DNA of 64,000 bases. Source: Angustibacter luteus. GTDB taxonomy: Bacteria > Actinomycetota > Actinomycetes > Actinomycetales > Angustibacteraceae. How positions within the stretch are numbered: the stretch's first letter is position 1; each line of letters starts with the position of its first letter. The notes beneath the pieces were generated by a model. It was not told the origin of the DNA. It searched no databases and saw only the letters and a program-made list of their open reading frames with translations. The stretch covers positions 372,001 to 436,000 of the forward strand of contig NZ_BAABFP010000007.1 in the NCBI RefSeq assembly GCF_039541115.1, in the 5' to 3' direction. Shown here in pieces: positions 18,041-27,281 of the stretch. The position numbers and the translations under genes are program-made.

Positions 18041-19068
18041 GGCGTCTCCTCCAGTGCGAGCCGTCCCGTCGAGACCAGTCCGGGCACCACGGCGCCGATC
18101 TGGTCGAACCCTGCCCCGACGGTCTGGCCCTGGGTGTACCGGTAGTGGATGCCCTCGAGGATCACCGCCAGCTTGAAGCAGCCGAACGCCACGTACCAGG
18201 GCAGCGCGGTCAGGTCGAGACCCGCGCTGGCCGCGTAGCGCTGCGCCAGCTCGCCGCCGCTCGGGAAACCGCGCACCGCGGCGGGCATGTCCGTGATCGA
18301 ACCCAACGCGGGGGTCGACTCGTCGCCCCAGTAGACGAGGAGCAGCCCGAGGTCGGTCAGGGGGTCGCCGAGAGTGGCCATCTCCCAGTCCAGCACCGCG
18401 GCGACGTCCCAGCGCTCGGGGCGCACCAGCAGGTTGTCCAGCCGGAAGTCGCCGTGCACCACGGTGGCTCGCTGAGCGGCCGGCACGGCTGCTGCCAGGG
18501 CGGCGTGCAGCTCGTCGATCCCGGCCACCTCCCGGCTGCGGCTCGCCGCCAGCTGCTTGCCCCACCGCGACACCTGCCGGGTCAGGAAGCCGTCCGGGCG
18601 GCCGAAGTCACCGAGCCCCACCGCGCCGGGATCGACCGAGTGCAGGGCCGCCAGCGTGTCCACCAGGCGCTCCGCCAGCGGCCCCCGGGCCGTCTCGGGG
18701 ACGCTCATCAGCTGCTCGCTCGTGCGCAGCACCAGGCCGTCCACCCGCTCCATCACGTAGAACGGCGCGTCCAGCGGCGAGTCGTCCGCGCACAGCAGCA
18801 GCGGTTCCGGGACGGGCACCGCGCCACCGTGCAGGGCGCCGATCACCCGGAACTCGCGGCTCATGTCGTGCGCGGTAGCCAGCACGTGCCCGAGCGGCGG
18901 CCGGCGCAGCACCCAGCGGTGCGTGTCGTCGTCCAGCCGGTAGGTGAGGTTGGACCGCCCACCGGCGATCAGCTCGGCCCGCAGGTCGCCGTCCCGCAGT
19001 CGCGGGTGGTGGACGTCGAGCCACCGGGTCAGCGCGGCGAGGTCGAGTCCACGGGGCACGCCAGGCAC
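18037..19068 (-). CDS. APH-family phosphotransferase (ACAD10/11 kinase-domain/LvaA-like)
   Basis: GGRSNLTY, LRRPP, AHDMSREFRV, VHGDFRLDN, VLDWEMATLGDPLTDLG. Confidence 0.9.
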   Translation of the reverse strand: MPGVPRGLDLAALTRWLDVHHPRLRDGDLRAELIAGGRSNLTYRLDDDTHRWVLRRPPLGHVLATAHDMSREFRVIGALHGGAVPVPEPLLLCADDSPLDAPFYVMERVDGLVLRTSEQLMSVPETARGPLAERLVDTLAALHSVDPGAVGLGDFGRPDGFLTRQVSRWGKQLAASRSREVAGIDELHAALAAAVPAAQRATVVHGDFRLDNLLVRPERWDVAAVLDWEMATLGDPLTDLGLLLVYWGDESTPALGSITDMPAAVRGFPSGGELAQRYAASAGLDLTALPWYVAFGCFKLAVILEGIHYRYTQGQTVGAGFDQIGAVVPGLVSTGRLALEETP

Positions 19069-19135
19069 CGTATCCCAGCCCGATCACGGCCGCTGGGTTG
19101 CCGTGACCCACCGCTGGCAAGGCAGGATGTCGGCC

Positions 19136-19597
19136 ATGGCCCGCTACCGCTGCGACTACCCGATGCGCTGGTCCGACATGGACGCCTACGGCCACGTGAA
19201 CAACGTGCAGTACCTGCGGTTCTTCGAGGACGCCCGGATCGAGGCGTTCGCCGCGCACCAGGCGGGCGAGGGGGACAAGAGCCTGCTCGACGCCGGGATC
19301 CTGGTCGTGCGGCACGAGATCGAGTACCTCAAGCCGCTGAAGTGGCGTCCTGAGCCGGTGCACATCGACCTCTGGATCACCGAGCTAAAGGGCGCCCGCA
19401 TCGACGTCGGGTACGAGGTGTACGACGCGCACGAGGGTGCCGAGCGGGTTCGGTACGCCGTGGCGGAATCCACCCTGGTGATCTTCGACCTGGTCAGCGA
19501 GCGGCCGAAGCGCATCGGCCAGGCCGACCTGGAGCGCCTGGACGCGCTGCGCGGCGAGCCCGTGCCGTTCCGGGTGCGACGGTCCCGCAGTGAGTGA
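19136..19597 (+). CDS. Hotdog-fold acyl-CoA thioesterase (4HBT/YbgC family)
   Basis: RWSDMDAYGHVNNVQYLRFFEDAR. Confidence 0.9.
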   Translation: MARYRCDYPMRWSDMDAYGHVNNVQYLRFFEDARIEAFAAHQAGEGDKSLLDAGILVVRHEIEYLKPLKWRPEPVHIDLWITELKGARIDVGYEVYDAHEGAERVRYAVAESTLVIFDLVSERPKRIGQADLERLDALRGEPVPFRVRRSRSE

Positions 19598-20234
19598 CCT
19601 GCTGCTGCCGGACCCGCAGACCGCCGCGGACCTGACCACCTACCTGGCTCGCGCCCGCCGGGTCGACCCGGACGGCGCGGCCCGGCTGGTCGCGGCCGGG
19701 ACGGCGCTGGCGGTCTACGTCTCGCCGGTGCACGGCGGCTCGGGGCCGACGGTGCTGGGGCTGCGCGTCGTCCCGCTCGCCGCGCCGGCGGCGCTGGACC
19801 GGACGGTCCCGTTGTCGGCACTGGCGGACCGGCTCGCGAGGCCCTCCGCTGAGACCGGCACCGTGGCGCTGCCCGTGCCGCCGATGGACGCCACGGACGC
19901 CGGGTGGGCCGGGGTCACGCCACCGCGCACCGGGTGGCAGGCGGTCGGCGCGCTCGACGTCCAGGCCCTCGGCGTGGCGGCCCGGGCCGGGATCGACGAG
20001 ATCGCCACCGGCGCCGGCGAGGGCTCCGGTTCGGCCGCGGTCGTCCGGCTGCGGGCCCTCGTCTGGGGCCGCGACCTGGACGGCGTGGACGGCGTCCCGG
20101 CCGGTGCCGCGTACGTGGCCGAGTCGTTGGGCTTCCTGGGAGCGGACGAGCCGGTCACCCTGCACGCGCAGGGGCCGTGGCGCCGGCTGTCCAGCGTCCG
20201 CGGCCACGTGATCGCGCGGCGCTCGCTGATCTGA
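19590..20234 (+). CDS. Conserved actinobacterial hypothetical protein (Rv2474c-like)
   Basis: Overlaps the thioesterase stop; DLTTYLARARRVDPDG..RL, W.G..PPR.GW, GPWRRL. Confidence 0.65.
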   Translation: MSDLLLPDPQTAADLTTYLARARRVDPDGAARLVAAGTALAVYVSPVHGGSGPTVLGLRVVPLAAPAALDRTVPLSALADRLARPSAETGTVALPVPPMDATDAGWAGVTPPRTGWQAVGALDVQALGVAARAGIDEIATGAGEGSGSAAVVRLRALVWGRDLDGVDGVPAGAAYVAESLGFLGADEPVTLHAQGPWRRLSSVRGHVIARRSLI

Positions 20235-20307
20235 GCCGTCCCGGCCGTCCGCGCGCCACCCACCGCGGGTGATGCCAGCCCCGTCCGCCCGCACCTACGT
20301 TCGAGGC

Positions 20308-21822
20308 ATGCCTCAGTCCACCCCGAACATCCTGATCATCCTCGCCGACGACATCGGCTGGTCCGACCCGAGCTGCTACCACCAGGGCCTGATGGGCACC
20401 CGGACGCCGAACATCGACCGCATCGCGGCGGACGGCGTGCGGCTCACCGACTGCTACGCGCAGGCGAGCTGCACGGCCGGTCGCGCCGCGCTGATCACGG
20501 GGCAGCTGCCGATGCGCACCGGTCTCACGACGGTCGGCATGCCCGGTGCGCCGCAGGGTATCCAGGCCGAGGACCCCACGCTGGCGGAGCTGATCAAGCC
20601 GCTCGGGTACCTGACCGCGCAGATCGGCAAGAACCACCTCGGGGACCGCAACGACTACCTGCCCACCGTGCACGGCTGGGACGAGTTCTACGGCAACCTC
20701 TACCACCTCAACGCCGAGGAGGAGCCGGAGCAGCCTGACTACCCGCGCGACCACCCGGCCTTCCAGCACTTCTTCAAGCCGCGCGGCGTGCTGGAGTGCA
20801 CGGCGAGCGACGTGGATGACGACACCGTCGACGAGCGGTTCGGCCGAGTGGGCAAGCAGACCATCCGCGACACGGGTCCGCTGACCCGCGAGCGCATGGA
20901 GACCATCGAGGACGACCTGCTCGCGCACTCGGTCGACTTCATGACCCGGGCCCGCGACGCGGACAAGCCGTTCCTGCTGTGGCACAACACGACCCGCATG
21001 CACGTCTGGACCCACCTGTCCGAGCGGTGGAAGGACAAGACGGGGTTCGGCCTGTATGCGGATGGCATGCAGGAGCTGGACTGGGTGGTCGGTGAGCTCC
21101 TGGGCAGCCTCGACGAGCTCGGCATCGCCGACGACACGATCGTGATCTTCGCGACCGACAACGGCGCCGAGAAGTTCAGCTGGCCGGACGGCGGCACCTC
21201 GCCCTTCCGCGGCGAGAAGGGCCTGGGCTGGGAGGGCGGCTTCCGGGCGCCGTTCGCGATCCGCTGGCCCGGGCACATCCCGGCCGGCCAGGTGCTGAAC
21301 GGGATCTTCTCGCTGGAGGACGTCGTCCCCACCCTGATGGCGGCGGCCGGGGACCCGGACATCAAGGAGAAGCTGCTGGCCGGGCACCAGGCCGGCGACA
21401 AGCACTTCAAGGTCCACCTGGACGGGTACAACCAGCTGCCGTACCTCACCGGCGAGGTCGAGGAGTCGGCCCGCGACGAGTTCTACTACTACGGCGAGCA
21501 CGACCTGTTCGCGATCCGGTACCGGAACTGGAAGATCCACTTCCAGGTCAAGGACGACTGGTTCGCCGGGCAGCTCAAGCGCTCGACGGTGCCGCTGCCG
21601 GTGAACCTGCGGGTCGACCCGTTCGAGCAGCACATGGAAGCGCCGTCCTACCCGATCTACGTCGGCGAGAAGCTGTGGACCGTCATGCCGGCGGGCTACA
21701 TCCTGCAGCTGCACGCCAACACGTTCGCGGACTTCCCGCCGCGGCAGGCGCCGGCCGACTTCAACCCGACGCAGATGCTCGCCACCGTGCTCAGCAAGGT
21801 GGCCGGTGGGGTCGCCAACTGA
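20308..21822 (+). CDS. Arylsulfatase (Cys-type, formylglycine dependent)
   Basis: PNILIILADDIG, SCTAGRAALITG (CxAxR), GKNHLG, TDNG, RGEKG. Confidence 0.92.
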   Translation: MPQSTPNILIILADDIGWSDPSCYHQGLMGTRTPNIDRIAADGVRLTDCYAQASCTAGRAALITGQLPMRTGLTTVGMPGAPQGIQAEDPTLAELIKPLGYLTAQIGKNHLGDRNDYLPTVHGWDEFYGNLYHLNAEEEPEQPDYPRDHPAFQHFFKPRGVLECTASDVDDDTVDERFGRVGKQTIRDTGPLTRERMETIEDDLLAHSVDFMTRARDADKPFLLWHNTTRMHVWTHLSERWKDKTGFGLYADGMQELDWVVGELLGSLDELGIADDTIVIFATDNGAEKFSWPDGGTSPFRGEKGLGWEGGFRAPFAIRWPGHIPAGQVLNGIFSLEDVVPTLMAAAGDPDIKEKLLAGHQAGDKHFKVHLDGYNQLPYLTGEVEESARDEFYYYGEHDLFAIRYRNWKIHFQVKDDWFAGQLKRSTVPLPVNLRVDPFEQHMEAPSYPIYVGEKLWTVMPAGYILQLHANTFADFPPRQAPADFNPTQMLATVLSKVAGGVAN

Positions 21823-21878
21823 CCGGCTCGACCGGCCCCGGGTTGAGCGAGCCGCGCCTGGTGCATGAGGCTGTCCCC

Positions 21879-22877
21879 ATGACGGTCGACGCCCGCGAGG
21901 CCCCCTCGGCACCCCCGGCACCGGGGATGGTGTGGATCCCCGGTGGTGAGTTCGCGATGGGGTCGGAGCAGTTCTACCCGGAGGAACGCCCGGTGCGCCG
22001 CGTCGCGGTCGACGGCTTCTGGATGGACGAGCACCCGGTGACCGTCGAGGCCTTCCGCGAGTTCGTCACCGAGACCGGCTACGTCACGATGGCCGAGCGC
22101 CCGCTCGACGCCGCCGACTACCCGGACGCCGACCCGCAGCTGCTCGTCCCGGGATCCCTGGTGTTCCGCAAGAGCGCGGGCCCGGTCGACCTCAACGACA
22201 ACCGCATGTGGTGGCAGTACGAGCCGGGCGCGTCCTGGCAGCGCCCCACGGGGAAGGGCAGCTCGTCCGCCGGCCGCCCGAACCACCCCGTCGTGCACGT
22301 CGCCTGGGAGGACGTGAACGCGTACTGCCGGTGGGCCGGCAAGGAGCTGCCCACCGAGGCCGAGTGGGAGTTCGCCGCCCGCGGCGGCCTCGACGGGGCG
22401 GTGTTCGCCTGGGGCGACGAGCACTTCCCGGAGGGTCGCGCGATGGCGAACACCTGGCAGGGCGAGTTCCCCTGGCAGAACCTGCTGGTGGACGGGCACG
22501 AGGGCACCTCGCCGGTGGGCAGCTTCCCGCCCAACGGGTACGGCCTGCTCGACATCACCGGGAACGTCTGGGAGTGGACCTGCGACTTCTACACGAACCC
22601 GGGCCCGAGCCAGCACTCCTGCTGCGTCCCCCGCAACCCTCGGGTGACCAGCCCTGACGAGTCCTTCGCCGCCGCCGGAGAGCCGGGCTCGAACCTCCCG
22701 CGCATGGTGATCAAGGGCGGCTCGCACCTGTGCGCCCCCAACTACTGCCTGCGCTACCGGCCTTCGGCGCGCCAGGCTCAGATGGTCGACACCGGGACCG
22801 CGCACGTGGGCTTCCGCGGCATCATCCGCCCGGCCGGCGCACCGGAGCCCATCACCACCAGCACGACCACGACCTAG
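21879..22877 (+). CDS. Formylglycine-generating enzyme
   Basis: HPVVHV, LPTEAEWEFAARGG, GNVWEW, GGSHLCAPNYCLRYRPSAR. Confidence 0.92.
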   Translation: MTVDAREAPSAPPAPGMVWIPGGEFAMGSEQFYPEERPVRRVAVDGFWMDEHPVTVEAFREFVTETGYVTMAERPLDAADYPDADPQLLVPGSLVFRKSAGPVDLNDNRMWWQYEPGASWQRPTGKGSSSAGRPNHPVVHVAWEDVNAYCRWAGKELPTEAEWEFAARGGLDGAVFAWGDEHFPEGRAMANTWQGEFPWQNLLVDGHEGTSPVGSFPPNGYGLLDITGNVWEWTCDFYTNPGPSQHSCCVPRNPRVTSPDESFAAAGEPGSNLPRMVIKGGSHLCAPNYCLRYRPSARQAQMVDTGTAHVGFRGIIRPAGAPEPITTSTTTT

Positions 22878-22960
22878 GCCGCTGTCGCGGGCGGGTCGCG
22901 GCAGCGCCGAACCAGATCCGGCGCAAACGGGTGGAACCGGACGTCACCCGCTAGCGTCCC

Positions 22961-23491
22961 ATGACCATGCGACCTGACCTGCGAACGACGTCCGCCGCAC
23001 GCCTGCTGCCCGCTCTGCTCGGCGGCGTCCTCGTCCTGGGTGCCGGCGCGTGCGGTTCCGAGCAGCCCGGCCCGGCCGCAGGGACGACGTCCGGTACGAC
23101 GTCCGGGACGACGGCCGCGACGTCCACCGGCACGCCCGGTGTCCTGGCCGGTCCCGTGGTGCTCACCCGCACCGGCGGCATCGCCGGCATGCACGACGCC
23201 GTCGTCCTGAACCCGGACGGCACGTACACGGTCTCGCGCAAGGTGGGGGAGCCGGTCACCCGTACCGCGGACCCGGCGCAGGTGAAGGCGATCGCCGACG
23301 CCGTCGAGCAGGCGAACCTGCCCGCGCTGCCGGCGAGCACGCCGGACACCACGACCAGCGACCAGATCTACTACAAGCTCAGCGTCGGCTCGCGGACCTA
23401 CGTGATCAACGGCACGCAGACGCCCGAGGAGGTCAAGCCCCTGATCGAGGCGCTGGGCGAGCTGTTCAGCGCGCCCGCACCCACACCGTGA
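22961..23491 (+). CDS. Lipoprotein with emfourin (protealysin inhibitor)-like domain
   Basis: Lipobox GAGAC, Thr-rich linker (12-nt repeats), LTRTGGIAG and DQIYYKLSV. Confidence 0.6.
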   Translation: MTMRPDLRTTSAARLLPALLGGVLVLGAGACGSEQPGPAAGTTSGTTSGTTAATSTGTPGVLAGPVVLTRTGGIAGMHDAVVLNPDGTYTVSRKVGEPVTRTADPAQVKAIADAVEQANLPALPASTPDTTTSDQIYYKLSVGSRTYVINGTQTPEEVKPLIEALGELFSAPAPTP

Positions 23492-25166
23492 CGTCGGCCG
23501 GCAGGCCCTGCGACAGGTCCACCGGCACGCTGGTCAGCAGCACCTGTGCGCCGTCGGGCAGCGGCACGGTCCCGGTCCCCGTGTTGGCCAGCACGAGGAC
23601 CTCGCCGGTGCGGAACGCGACGACCTCCGCCGGGTAGCCCTCCACCCAGGTCAGCTCACCCTCGCCGAGCCGCTCGGCCCGGCGCAGCGCGAGCGCCTCG
23701 CGGTAGGTCTCGTACGTCGACCCCGGTACGGCCCGCTGGGCGTCCAGGGCCAGCGCGGCCCAGCTCGCCGGCTGCGGGAGCCACGTCCTGCTCGTCGGGC
23801 CGAAGCCGTAGGACGGCGCGTCCGCGGACCACGGGAGGGGCACCCGGCAGCCGTCGCGGCCGCGGTGCTCGTGGCTCGAGCGCAGCCAGGTGGGGTCCTG
23901 CCGCACGTCGTCCGGCAGGGACGTGTGCTCGGGCAGCCCCAGCTCCTCGCCCTGGTACAGGTACGCGCTGCCGGGCAGCGCGAGCATCAGCATCGTGGCC
24001 GCCCGGCCGCGGCGCAGGCCGAGCTCGGCATCCGGCTGCGCGTCGTCCGCCCCGATGCCGTTCGGCAGCGCGGTGCCCGGCTCGAAGCCGAACCGGGTCG
24101 TGTGCCGCAGCACGTCGTGGTTGCTCAGCACCCAGGTCGCCGGTGCGCCGACCCCGGCCATCGCGGCCAGCGACTCGGTGATCACCTCGCGCAGCGGGGC
24201 GCCCTGCCAGGGGGTGACGAGGTAGGGGAAGTTGAACGACTGGTGCAGCTCGTCGGGGCGCACGTAGTCGGAGATGCGTGCGGCCGGGTAGACCCACGCC
24301 TCGGCGACGAGCACCCGGTCGCCGGCGTACTCCGCGACGACCCGGTGCCACTCGCGGTAGATCTCGTGCACCCCCGGCTGGTCCCAGAACGGGGGACGGG
24401 AGAAGCGCGAGTCGCCGCCCTCGAGCAGGTCGAGCTCGTGGTCCCAGTCCGGCAAGCCCTCGGCCTTGACCAGGCCGTGCGCGACGTCGATCCGGAAGCC
24501 GTTGACGCCGCGGTCCAGCCAGAACCGCAGGACCGAGTCGAACTCGGCGTGCACCACCGGGTTCGTCCAGTCCAGGTCCGGCTGCTTGACGTCGAACAGG
24601 TGCAGGTACCACTGGCCGGGCGCGCCGCCGGGCTCGGTGACCCGCGTCCACGCCGGGCCGCCGAACACGGAGCGCCAGCTGTTCGGCGGGAGCTCGCCGT
24701 GCTCGCCGAGCCCGTCCCGGAACAGGTACCGGGCACGCTCGGCGCTGCCCGGGCCGGCGGCCAGCGCCGCCTGGAACCAGGCGTGCTCGTCGCTGGTGTG
24801 GTTGGGCACGATGTCGACGATGACCCGCAGCCCGAGCTGGTGCGCGCGGGCCAGCAGGTCGTCCGCGGCGGCCAGGTCACCGAAGACCGGGTCGACCTCG
24901 CGGTAGTCCGCCACGTCGTAGCCGGCGTCCGCCTGCGGGGAGCTGTAGAACGGCGAGAGCCACAGCGCGTCCACGCCGAGCTCGGCCAGGTGCGGCAGCC
25001 GGGCGGTGATGCCGGGCAGGTCGCCGATGCCGTCGCCGTCCGAGTCGGCGAACGAGCGCGGGTAGACCTGGTAGATGACGGCGCTGCGCCACCACTCCTG
25101 GCCGGGGGCGGACGTCGCGAACGCGGCGGGCACGGCCGTGTGGGTCTCGAGGGGCTCAGCAGTCAC
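23466..25166 (-). CDS. aglA: GH13 alpha-glucosidase
   Basis: WWRSAVIYQVYPRSFAD, DIVPNHTS, GFRIDVAH, VAEAW, SNHD, RDGCRVP. Confidence 0.9.
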   Translation of the reverse strand: MTAEPLETHTAVPAAFATSAPGQEWWRSAVIYQVYPRSFADSDGDGIGDLPGITARLPHLAELGVDALWLSPFYSSPQADAGYDVADYREVDPVFGDLAAADDLLARAHQLGLRVIVDIVPNHTSDEHAWFQAALAAGPGSAERARYLFRDGLGEHGELPPNSWRSVFGGPAWTRVTEPGGAPGQWYLHLFDVKQPDLDWTNPVVHAEFDSVLRFWLDRGVNGFRIDVAHGLVKAEGLPDWDHELDLLEGGDSRFSRPPFWDQPGVHEIYREWHRVVAEYAGDRVLVAEAWVYPAARISDYVRPDELHQSFNFPYLVTPWQGAPLREVITESLAAMAGVGAPATWVLSNHDVLRHTTRFGFEPGTALPNGIGADDAQPDAELGLRRGRAATMLMLALPGSAYLYQGEELGLPEHTSLPDDVRQDPTWLRSSHEHRGRDGCRVPLPWSADAPSYGFGPTSRTWLPQPASWAALALDAQRAVPGSTYETYREALALRRAERLGEGELTWVEGYPAEVVAFRTGEVLVLANTGTGTVPLPDGAQVLLTSVPVDLSQGLPADVTVWVRAR

Positions 25167-25231
25167 CGCAGCAGGCTACGGGGTGCGGGCGCCGAGCGTG
25201 CGAGCGCTTGTCCGGCGCACCGGCGTGCCGG

Positions 25232-25621
25232 TCAGTCGGGGGTGTTGACCAACGAGTGCGCGGCCCGCTCCAGGTAGTCCCACAGGATCGCCTCGTGCAC
25301 GGGGGCGAGCGCGACCTCGTCGACGGCGTCCCGCATGTGGTGCAGCCAGCGGTCGCGCATGTGGGTGGTCACCGCGAACGGGTGGTGCCGCATCCGCAGC
25401 CTCGGGTGGCCGCGCTCGTCGCTGTACGTCGTGGGGCCGCCCCAGTACTGCTCGAGGAACATCCGGAACCGGATCTCCGCGGGGCCCAGGTCGTCCTCCG
25501 GGTAGAGCGCGCGCAGCTCGGGGTCGCCGGCCACGCCCTGGTAGAACCGGTGCACGAGGGCGACGAAGGTGTCGTGCCCACCCACCTCGTCGTAGAAGCT
25601 GACCTGCTGCTGCTCGCTCAC
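25232..25621 (-). CDS. glbO: Group II truncated hemoglobin
   Basis: [28 protein letters not shown]. Confidence 0.93.
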   Translation of the reverse strand: MSEQQQVSFYDEVGGHDTFVALVHRFYQGVAGDPELRALYPEDDLGPAEIRFRMFLEQYWGGPTTYSDERGHPRLRMRHHPFAVTTHMRDRWLHHMRDAVDEVALAPVHEAILWDYLERAAHSLVNTPD

Positions 25622-25637
25622 CCGCCCAGTCTCTCAA

Positions 25638-25730
25638 ACCCCCACCCACGCCTCCGCCACCCAGGCCGGTTTCCGCCACTCAGCCCGCTTTCCGACGTCC
25701 GAATCCGGTCTGAACGGCGGAAGCGTGGGT
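25638..25730. repeat. REP/MITE-like palindromic element, copy 1
   Basis: Two direct plus one inverted degenerate 19-nt units (TTCCGCCRCTCARGCCGST); terminal ACCCACGC...GCGTGGGT. Confidence 0.8.
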
Positions 25731-26740
25731 CAGCGGGAGTAGACGCCCACCTCGACGAGGGCGCCCGGATCGGCGTCGCTGACGTCCAGCCGCAACCGCT
25801 GCTCGGCGGACCGCTTCAGGGTGAGGTCGACGGTCTTGGTCACCCGTTCCCCGGCGGGACAGCTCACCGTCTGCCGCCCGCCGTCCGCCGTGGTGGCAAG
25901 CAGCTGCTGCCGGCCGATGCACCGCACCACCAGGTGCACGGATCGTTGCTGCTCCATGATGATCTCGGCGCCACCCAGGACGTCGTCGCGAGACGACGTC
26001 TCGGCGCCGTCGGGTGATCCCGAGGCGTAGACCCAGCCGTCGGAGAGCGCCAGCGAGCTCACGAACGCGTAGCCCGCTGGTGCCTTGCGCAAGGGCGACA
26101 GGTCGATCACGTTCTCGCCGTCCAGCACCGCGACGGAGAACGTCGACCCCGCCGGCACCGGCCGGTCGAACCGCGCCTGCAGCCGGATCGCCGCCCCAGC
26201 CTTCGGGTCGACGGTGGCCAGGATGGTCCCGTCGACCGGCTCGCCGTCAGGTAGGCAGGTGACGGCGTGCGGCGCGACCGCAGTGCCACCGAGATCCGCC
26301 GACACGAGCACCGAGGTGCCGTCGTCCAGTGCGGCGTCCTTCGGGCCAGCGCACCGGACGACGATGCCCCCGCTGCTGCTGGCGGGCAGCACGACCTGCT
26401 TGGCCGGGCTCTCGTCGTCCGCGCCGGACAGCTGCGCGAGGACGCCCTGACCGCGGTACAGCACCGGCAGGGGTGGGAGGGCCGCCACGGCCGACGACGT
26501 CGGGGACGGCGAGGCCGCGGTCACCGGGCCGGGACCGTTCCCCGCGGTCAGACCGGTCGCGACCGCGGCGACGGCGACCATGGCCACGGTGACCAGGCCC
26601 GCCGCCCCACCGGTGCGACGGCGCTGCCGCTGGCGCACCCGAGCCCGGACGCCGGACAGCCGCGCGGAGGACGCCGCGTCGTAGGGCGCGTGGGACGCCT
26701 CGTCGAGGGCGGCGCGCAGCTCGTCCGTGCTCAGCGTCAT
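25730..26740 (-). CDS. Single-pass membrane protein, probable anti-sigma partner of the SigE-family factor
   Basis: ELRAAL...RVRQRQRRR + TM + extracytoplasmic domain; ATGA overlap with the sigma gene. Confidence 0.65.
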   Translation of the reverse strand: MTLSTDELRAALDEASHAPYDAASSARLSGVRARVRQRQRRRTGGAAGLVTVAMVAVAAVATGLTAGNGPGPVTAASPSPTSSAVAALPPLPVLYRGQGVLAQLSGADDESPAKQVVLPASSSGGIVVRCAGPKDAALDDGTSVLVSADLGGTAVAPHAVTCLPDGEPVDGTILATVDPKAGAAIRLQARFDRPVPAGSTFSVAVLDGENVIDLSPLRKAPAGYAFVSSLALSDGWVYASGSPDGAETSSRDDVLGGAEIIMEQQRSVHLVVRCIGRQQLLATTADGGRQTVSCPAGERVTKTVDLTLKRSAEQRLRLDVSDADPGALVEVGVYSR

Positions 26741-27243
26741 GACTGCTCCTCGATCGGGAGGGAGGCGCGGGCGTCGGCCAGCGCGGGGGAGACGCGCAGC
26801 TGGGCCAGCGCCTTGGAGGTCTGGGACTTCACGGTGCCGACGCTGATCCCGAGGACGTCGGCCGTCTGGGCCTCGGTGAGGTCCTCGAAGAAGCGCAGGA
26901 CGACGACGGCGCGCTGACGGCGCGGCAGCCGGGCCAGGGCGTCGACCAGCCCAGCCCGGGTGGCGACCGCGTCACCGTGGTCGGCGGACGCGACGTCCGG
27001 CAGGGTCTCGGTGGGGCGCTCGCCGTTCCAGCGCCGCCGCCACCAGGTCGCGAAGGTGTTCACGATGACCTTGCGCACGTAGGCGTCCGGCTCGGTCCGG
27101 ATCCGGCCCCAGGCGGGCCAGGCCTTCGCCAACGCGGTCTGCACGAGGTCCTCGGCGAGCGCGTGGTCGTGGGTCAGCAGGTACGCGGTGCGGTGCAGCG
27201 CGTCACCGCGAGCCACCACGTAGGCCTCGAAGCCTGCGTCCAC
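26737..27243 (-). CDS. SigE-family ECF sigma factor
   Basis: AYLLTHD..AEDLVQTAL, WWRRRW, LPRRQRAVVVLRFFEDL, GTVKSQTSKAL; GGAGG RBS. Confidence 0.92.
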   Translation of the reverse strand: MDAGFEAYVVARGDALHRTAYLLTHDHALAEDLVQTALAKAWPAWGRIRTEPDAYVRKVIVNTFATWWRRRWNGERPTETLPDVASADHGDAVATRAGLVDALARLPRRQRAVVVLRFFEDLTEAQTADVLGISVGTVKSQTSKALAQLRVSPALADARASLPIEEQS

Positions 27244-27281
27244 GTCGCCTCCGGGTGCTGCGGGCTCCTGGTCGGAGCCCC

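Noticed and set aside
18037..19068. APH-family kinase and Eis-like GNAT (38459-39745) as antibiotic resistance genes
   Set aside because: The kinase context and motifs indicate the ACAD10/11-associated type. Eis-like proteins are widespread and their substrate cannot be inferred from sequence.
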